55,166 nucleotides of DNA from Catajapyx aquilonaris (Eukaryota). Below the pieces are notes generated by a model that was not told the DNA's origin, ran no database searches, and saw only the letters and a program-made list of their open reading frames with translations. Positions 49,531 through 55,166 of the stretch are shown in pieces (position 1 is the stretch's first letter; the number at the start of each line of letters is the position of its first letter). Position numbers and translations under genes: made by a program. The stretch is from the NCBI GenBank assembly GCA_000934665.2, contig KZ538663.1:1-55166 (forward strand), written 5' to 3'.

Positions 49531-52500
49531 AGTGATGCAGCACTTCCAGGGAAGTGCTTCAAGGCGACAATAATGGACCCTGAGATGCAAAGAAAACCGA
49601 GGTGATCAGCCCCACCCGGTTCTTCTCAAAAGCCTCAAAATATTCCTGGAAGTAGAAAATGTGACATGTTGCATTGTATGCTGGTATTGAACACCACATT
49701 AATTAGTACACATCTGCGCGGTGTCTTTCAGTTCTCGGTCGACTGATGAACAAACGTTGCCTAATTGAGCTCATTAATGGGCTTTGCCAGCCAGTGAGCC
49801 GGTGAGACATGGTACCTGGTGTCACATTAAAAACGAATGAACAACGTGCAGTGCGATTCAGAATTTTTGGACATCTGTGTATTTTATTGATCTGCAGAAT
49901 GGAGTTGACCTAGGTTTTACTTGATCAATGTTTCCTTCCCTACATCACACTGATAATTATTGGTGAATATTACAGTAGTGTTTACAATTAAGTAGTGAAT
50001 CATGCTATTTAAAACACTAATGATTCGACTGATTTTCCAGCTTTAAATCTTAATGTTAGTGTACGTAAATGATCCTAATTTGTAAAATAAAATTATATAG
50101 TTTGACTTTGATGCCAACCCCCCCTTTCTCGTTGATTTATTTAGTTTTTGGATTCCGTTCTCTACGTCTAGAAAGTTTTAAGAAGCCGTGTAACTTGTAA
50201 GTACTAAAACTTGAAAGGGTGAGTCTTCAAAGATGTTCAAAGGCATGTCGTACAGGTCCAGTGCTTTTTTTCAGACAAATAGTCAAACGTACGGTACCGG
50301 TAGTTCAAGTTGAGCAAACAACGATATTCAATGAAAGCTTGTTGAAAATACTCTAAGAGCTGATCTTAGATGCGCAAGTGTAATCAGTACTGTGATTTAA
50401 AATAATTAAATACTATAGCTTAATTAAAAATCAAAATTAAGTATACAGTATGCCTCGCCTTCCCTTTGAAATGACTGAAGGTCACGAGTTTATCCTGACT
50501 ATTCAGGGCAATCCCGTCGTGCCATTTTGTTCACCGGTTTGCCTGACTTCCAGGATGAAACTTTTTGAGGAGGATCTTTTCTTCTGTCGCCATCACATCA
50601 AATTGCGATTTTTAGGGCCTTGTGTTGTTGGAGCGGGTTCCTGACCCAATTTGCACGTTGGGAAGTGCAGTGGAAGTGCAAACTGAGGGAGCGCTTGGTG
50701 AAATAAGGGTTGGTGTGTGTGCAGGGGAAAGGGTGTGGGAAGGCAATAACGGTTCCTGGATTCGGCCTTAGCAAACGAAGAGCTTACCAAAAGCTGTTGA
50801 TGAGAATTTTTGAGCAATGAGGAGAGAGGGATAAGGAGTGACTTGGAAAGGGTGATGAAGTTCAGGTACGTTTAATCTGCGACACCTTATTCATCGTGTG
50901 GTATTACTTCCGTGTGTGTGTGTAGGAAAGGCAGGAAGTCTATGCCAAGATGTCGTTGCCTCGAAAGTAAATCTGCTACGCTTCTACATATGTATACAAA
51001 ATATGTGCTGAATTATTTTTAAGAGTGACATTAGCATTGTTGTTGCAATGACCATTTCAATTCCGGCTATTCTGATAATGAATATTTGTCTGAAAATTCA
51101 TTTTGTTGTACCTAGTAGAAACAACGTCATTGATGCACGTTTTGCCATTAGCAACCCCATACTAGCAGAGTGCTCGATAATCTTAACTCTGTAATATTTG
51201 CATTTTCAAATCCATTTCATAAGTTACTTGCAGAACCCGTAGGTTTTAACTAATGTGATCAAAAGTAGCGATACCGATAAGGCTAGACGCTCACCAATTA
51301 TTGTGTTTAAGCGACAGAGAGTTAACTTGTACAGTACGTGCATATGGTGCATTAGTGAAAGTACTGATAATTATGATGGCTGCTGGGAAGTTCGCGTATT
51401 CTACTTCCGTGTTTCTTTCCCTGCTACGTTCCCATTTGGAAATACGCTGGCACATTTTGTATGGGGGGAGGAGCCCTGATGGAACATGAAATTAATTAAG
51501 AAATTGCTCGACTTCTGTGATAAGCATGAACTCAATGAACGTTGTTAGAATTATATGTAGGAGAGGTAGGACGCATTAAGTTGAAAGGAGTTCTCTACAA
51601 CATTACTTAATGTGCGCAAAAATAAAGGAAATAAAGTAATTCTTGAAATAAAGCATTCTGGCATGTTAACTTTGCAGAGCTTCATTTAAAATTCTTTTTT
51701 GTCAAAGGGAAATGTTCCAAGGAAAGAACAAGGGACAATATCCTTCTGCACTCCAACTGCAGAGAAAAGAGAATATTGTATTTTATGTCCATTGATTTCT
51801 CTTGGTTCAGTTTACAGGATGTCAGGACACTATGCTTCTAGATTAGAAAGCATTTTGATTCACGCTTGTTCTCACAAAATAAGGAATGGACATGGCCTGC
51901 GAGGTAATTTAATAAGTATGCCTCTCCAACCCTTGATTAGATTAGGAGTCAGTGCTGCAAATCATTTCAGTTAGGTGAGGAGACAGAACCTCAGAAATGT
52001 ACAGTCAGTACGTGCCTCTCTTGTTGTCACAAAAAATAAATATAATCAGTACCATACGATGGCTTGAATTCATAAACAGTAATACTGTAGACAGTATAAA
52101 TTATAATAAATTTATACATTTAAAAGCAGTAGATGGATTATTTCACGCTGTTATTTTTGCAATAAGTACTTACGATGCGGTGTGAGGTGTTAATCGTAAA
52201 TCACCTCATGTACTATAAAATCCATCGATGTTTGATTTTAACATGCCAAAAACAGTGTAGGACATACATACCCTGTGGCTACACATCCATCATCACTCTA
52301 ACAAGTTGCAGTTTTCCCAACTTTCACCTGATGGTTCGATAGCTAGCTCCATGATAAGTTAGTCCCAAATGCTTTTTGACATAACATGTGTGCGAGATTG
52401 GAAATGGCTGAACCATATGAAGTACAGCAAACCGACCGCCAAAAAAAAGGTGGGTCCTTTGAGGCAGACCAGGGACTCTACCTGGCCACAACCAGAGCAG

Positions 52501-54439
52501 TGGTATGCATCTTGTGTGTGTACAGTACTAGTTAAGAAGCCTGAGTGCAATGCGCATCATGCAAGGAAGGAAACGAGTTCACGTCTAACGCCGGGGCGTC
52601 GAATATTAGGAGCAAACAAGGCTATAGGAAGAACCACAAAATGTCAAAGTGCGGGAATGCAGTGCAGTTGGAAATTTCCAAAATTGAAAGGGGGTGTGGA
52701 GTCCGCGACTTTCAGACAAGAGTTGTGAACAGGGGACCAATTTGGACCAATCCAGGTTGGTCAGACATATCATTTTAAAATAATCTCAAAACTGCATAGC
52801 TATTATTCATATTAGGAGTACATCAGTTAAAATTAGGAACATGACAGTACTAGTTAATGAGCAAACAAAAAATATGTTGTTCAAATTATATGTGCTAATT
52901 CATGTTTTCATTACTTATTCCCACTCCCCTCCAGTTTTGGGAAGCTCTACTATCGTACTACTGCGCTCCATAGCCTGGGGGGGTCTCCACTATATCGACG
53001 TAGGACATCATAGCTAATTATGCACGTGGGACTAGGATGTAACCTTCATATTAAAATTACCACTCAGAACTCCAGACGAAATTAAAATCAGTAATCATGC
53101 TAATCTCTTTTAATCAAATGTTGATCGAACTGATAGACTGGGAACGTTCAAATTGTGAAATGTGAAATAATGATAATTTAATTTAACCTAAAACGACTCA
53201 GCAGTGCTTGCAACACCTTCTACATTACATTAGCTTACAATGTTAATTAATTTGAAATAACATGTGCTGTATGTACAGGTGTATATGACACAATGGCTTT
53301 CAGCAGATAATTATTTACAGTACTGTAAGAAAAGGTCATCAGTTGATTAAAAACTACTTAATGATGTTCATAATTTGGAATACCTGTCAAAAGTTGATGG
53401 GTTAGTTTGAAAGTGTCTAACTTCTAGCCTGCATATGCATCATACACAAAGCCAAACTTTATCAAAAGTGACCTTTGTGAACATCAGGTCTTTTGATGAT
53501 GTGCTAAATTGCATTATGGGTGTGACCTTGCCAAAAAAAATTATAAACTGACTGCAGGTCTTTGTGACCCAAAGCAATTGAAAAATTCACAGCAAACTAA
53601 AAAAAAGACACGTATCGGATGAGTCCAAGCGGATATCGAGCTTGTGTCACTTTGAAGGGGCTTTCATTGAAACCGTTATTTTCCGAGGAATGTCCCATTT
53701 ACGTCAGTTATGTCACTCAGCAAGGCCCTTAGGCCTATCCATTTCCCAACATCATTCCGAAAAGATTAGTGCAGGCAATTTGTCACGTATTGCGTGGGCA
53801 GCCATATTATTTGCGTAGGACGTACGTAGGAAGCCTCATATTGATGTGCCGGTACTGGTACCTCTGGTCTTCGGGTCCTCGGGAAAGCACTACTGAATGA
53901 TTCTGATTTTGATAATGATGATATAACCATTACATTATCTTCCCACTGACCTGAAAGTTCACCAAAATGACCGCGACGAACCGGCAGCCAATCAGTTCCT
54001 CATCCCCCACCACTTTTTTCCACCAACCACAAAACCACCAGTCACTCTCGATGTACAACACCGGGGAATTCCCTCAACTACTTTTGACCCATCTTCCTAA
54101 ACATTTAACCGGTATTGTACGCAGTGAAAGATGGCCGTCCCCGTCTCTCTTCTCCAGTAGTCCTGGTCAATCACTGCTGGAAACCGTCCTGGAGGGTGGG
54201 TCTTGCATGTTTCCATTCACAATCCCCCATCACTCTTATTTCCACCCTGAACCCACCCTCTGGTCCCATGGACCCCACCCGGACCAACCCCCCCACCGTA
54301 ACCCCCCCAGCCTCACCCACCCGGAAGAGGCAATGGAAATAACACCCAACCGGGAAGGGATGGTTCCGCCGGATAAAACGGAGGTAACTATGACTTTCTA
54401 GCAGCCCCCACCCGCAAAAGGGCCGCACCCACTATTGCC

Positions 54440-54561
54440 NNNNNNNNNNNNNNNNNNNNNNNNNNNNNNNNNNNNNNNNNNNNNNNNNNNNNNNNNNNNN
54501 NNNNNNNNNNNNNNNNNNNNNNNNNNNNNNNNNNNNNNNNNNNNNNNNNNNNNNNNNNNNN
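54440..54561. other. Assembly gap (run of N)
   Basis: 122 N bases, followed by poly-G and a (GA)n tract. Confidence 0.99.
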
Positions 54562-54767
54562 GGGGGACCGGGGGGGGGGGAGTAGAAGAGAGAGAGAGAG
54601 AGAGAGAGGGAGAGAGGGAGAGAGAGCCGATCAATGCAGCCGCATCCCCCTGCTGCTGGTGCTGCTGGTGCTGCTGCTGCTGGGTGGAGAGAAGAGAGAA
54701 GTGGAAAGAAGGCGGATGGAAAAGGAATCAAAAGAGTCAACTTGCGCATATCAAACCCGGAAACAAC

Positions 54768-55166
54768 TCATCAATGTGGGATATAAGACATCTCCCCATC
54801 AAATCACGAAAAATAGCCATTAAAATAGCCATTAATAAAATAGCCAATAATATAGCTAATGAATAGCTAATAATTCATTCATTCGTCCATTCTCCCCCAT
54901 CAAATCGCAAAAATAGCCATTAAAATAGCCATTAATAAAAATAGCCAATAAGATAGCTAATAAGTAGCTAATAATAAATAATAAAATGATAATAGGCGTG
55001 AATGATAAGGGGGACAGGCAGAATTGCACTCCCTACTCTGCCCAGGGCCAGGAGAAAACGTCTGGGGTATTTCATCAATGTGGGATAAGACATCTCCCCA
55101 TCAAATCACCAAAAATAGTCATTAATAAAAAATAGCCAATAAGACAGCTAATAATAAATAATAAAA
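54768..55166. repeat. AT-rich compound tandem repeat (aaaatagccattaa units within ~3 larger units)
   Basis: tcatcaatgtgggat(at)aagacatctccccatcaaatcac occurs at about 54768 and 55072; tctcccc(c)atcaaatc plus aaaatagcca repeats occur three times. Confidence 0.85.

Overview
Intron-rich eukaryotic genomic DNA, most likely from a non-dipteran insect or other arthropod (interstitial TTAGG arrays, insect-type Sif protein). Left to right: (1) two tandem, recently duplicated SLC46/PCFT-like MFS transporter genes on + (first copy 5'-truncated by the window); (2) an unrecognised 4-exon single-pass membrane protein gene on + (~300 aa); (3) ACBD3/GCP60 on - (2 coding exons, 483 aa); (4) still life (sif, Tiam1/2-like Rac GEF) on -, spanning about 13.9-49.6 kb, which I assembled by hand as 27 phase-consistent GT-AG coding exons (1961 aa). 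Phase analysis also suggests several extra alternative sif exons. The introns carry many palindromic MITE-like hairpins, minisatellites (one containing CTCF-like motifs) and a GC-rich island bracketed by TTAGG arrays. An assembly gap (Ns) and AT-rich repeats close the window. No prokaryotic features, rRNA/tRNA or CRISPR arrays were seen. All gene models come from manual reading and are not backed by any database search.
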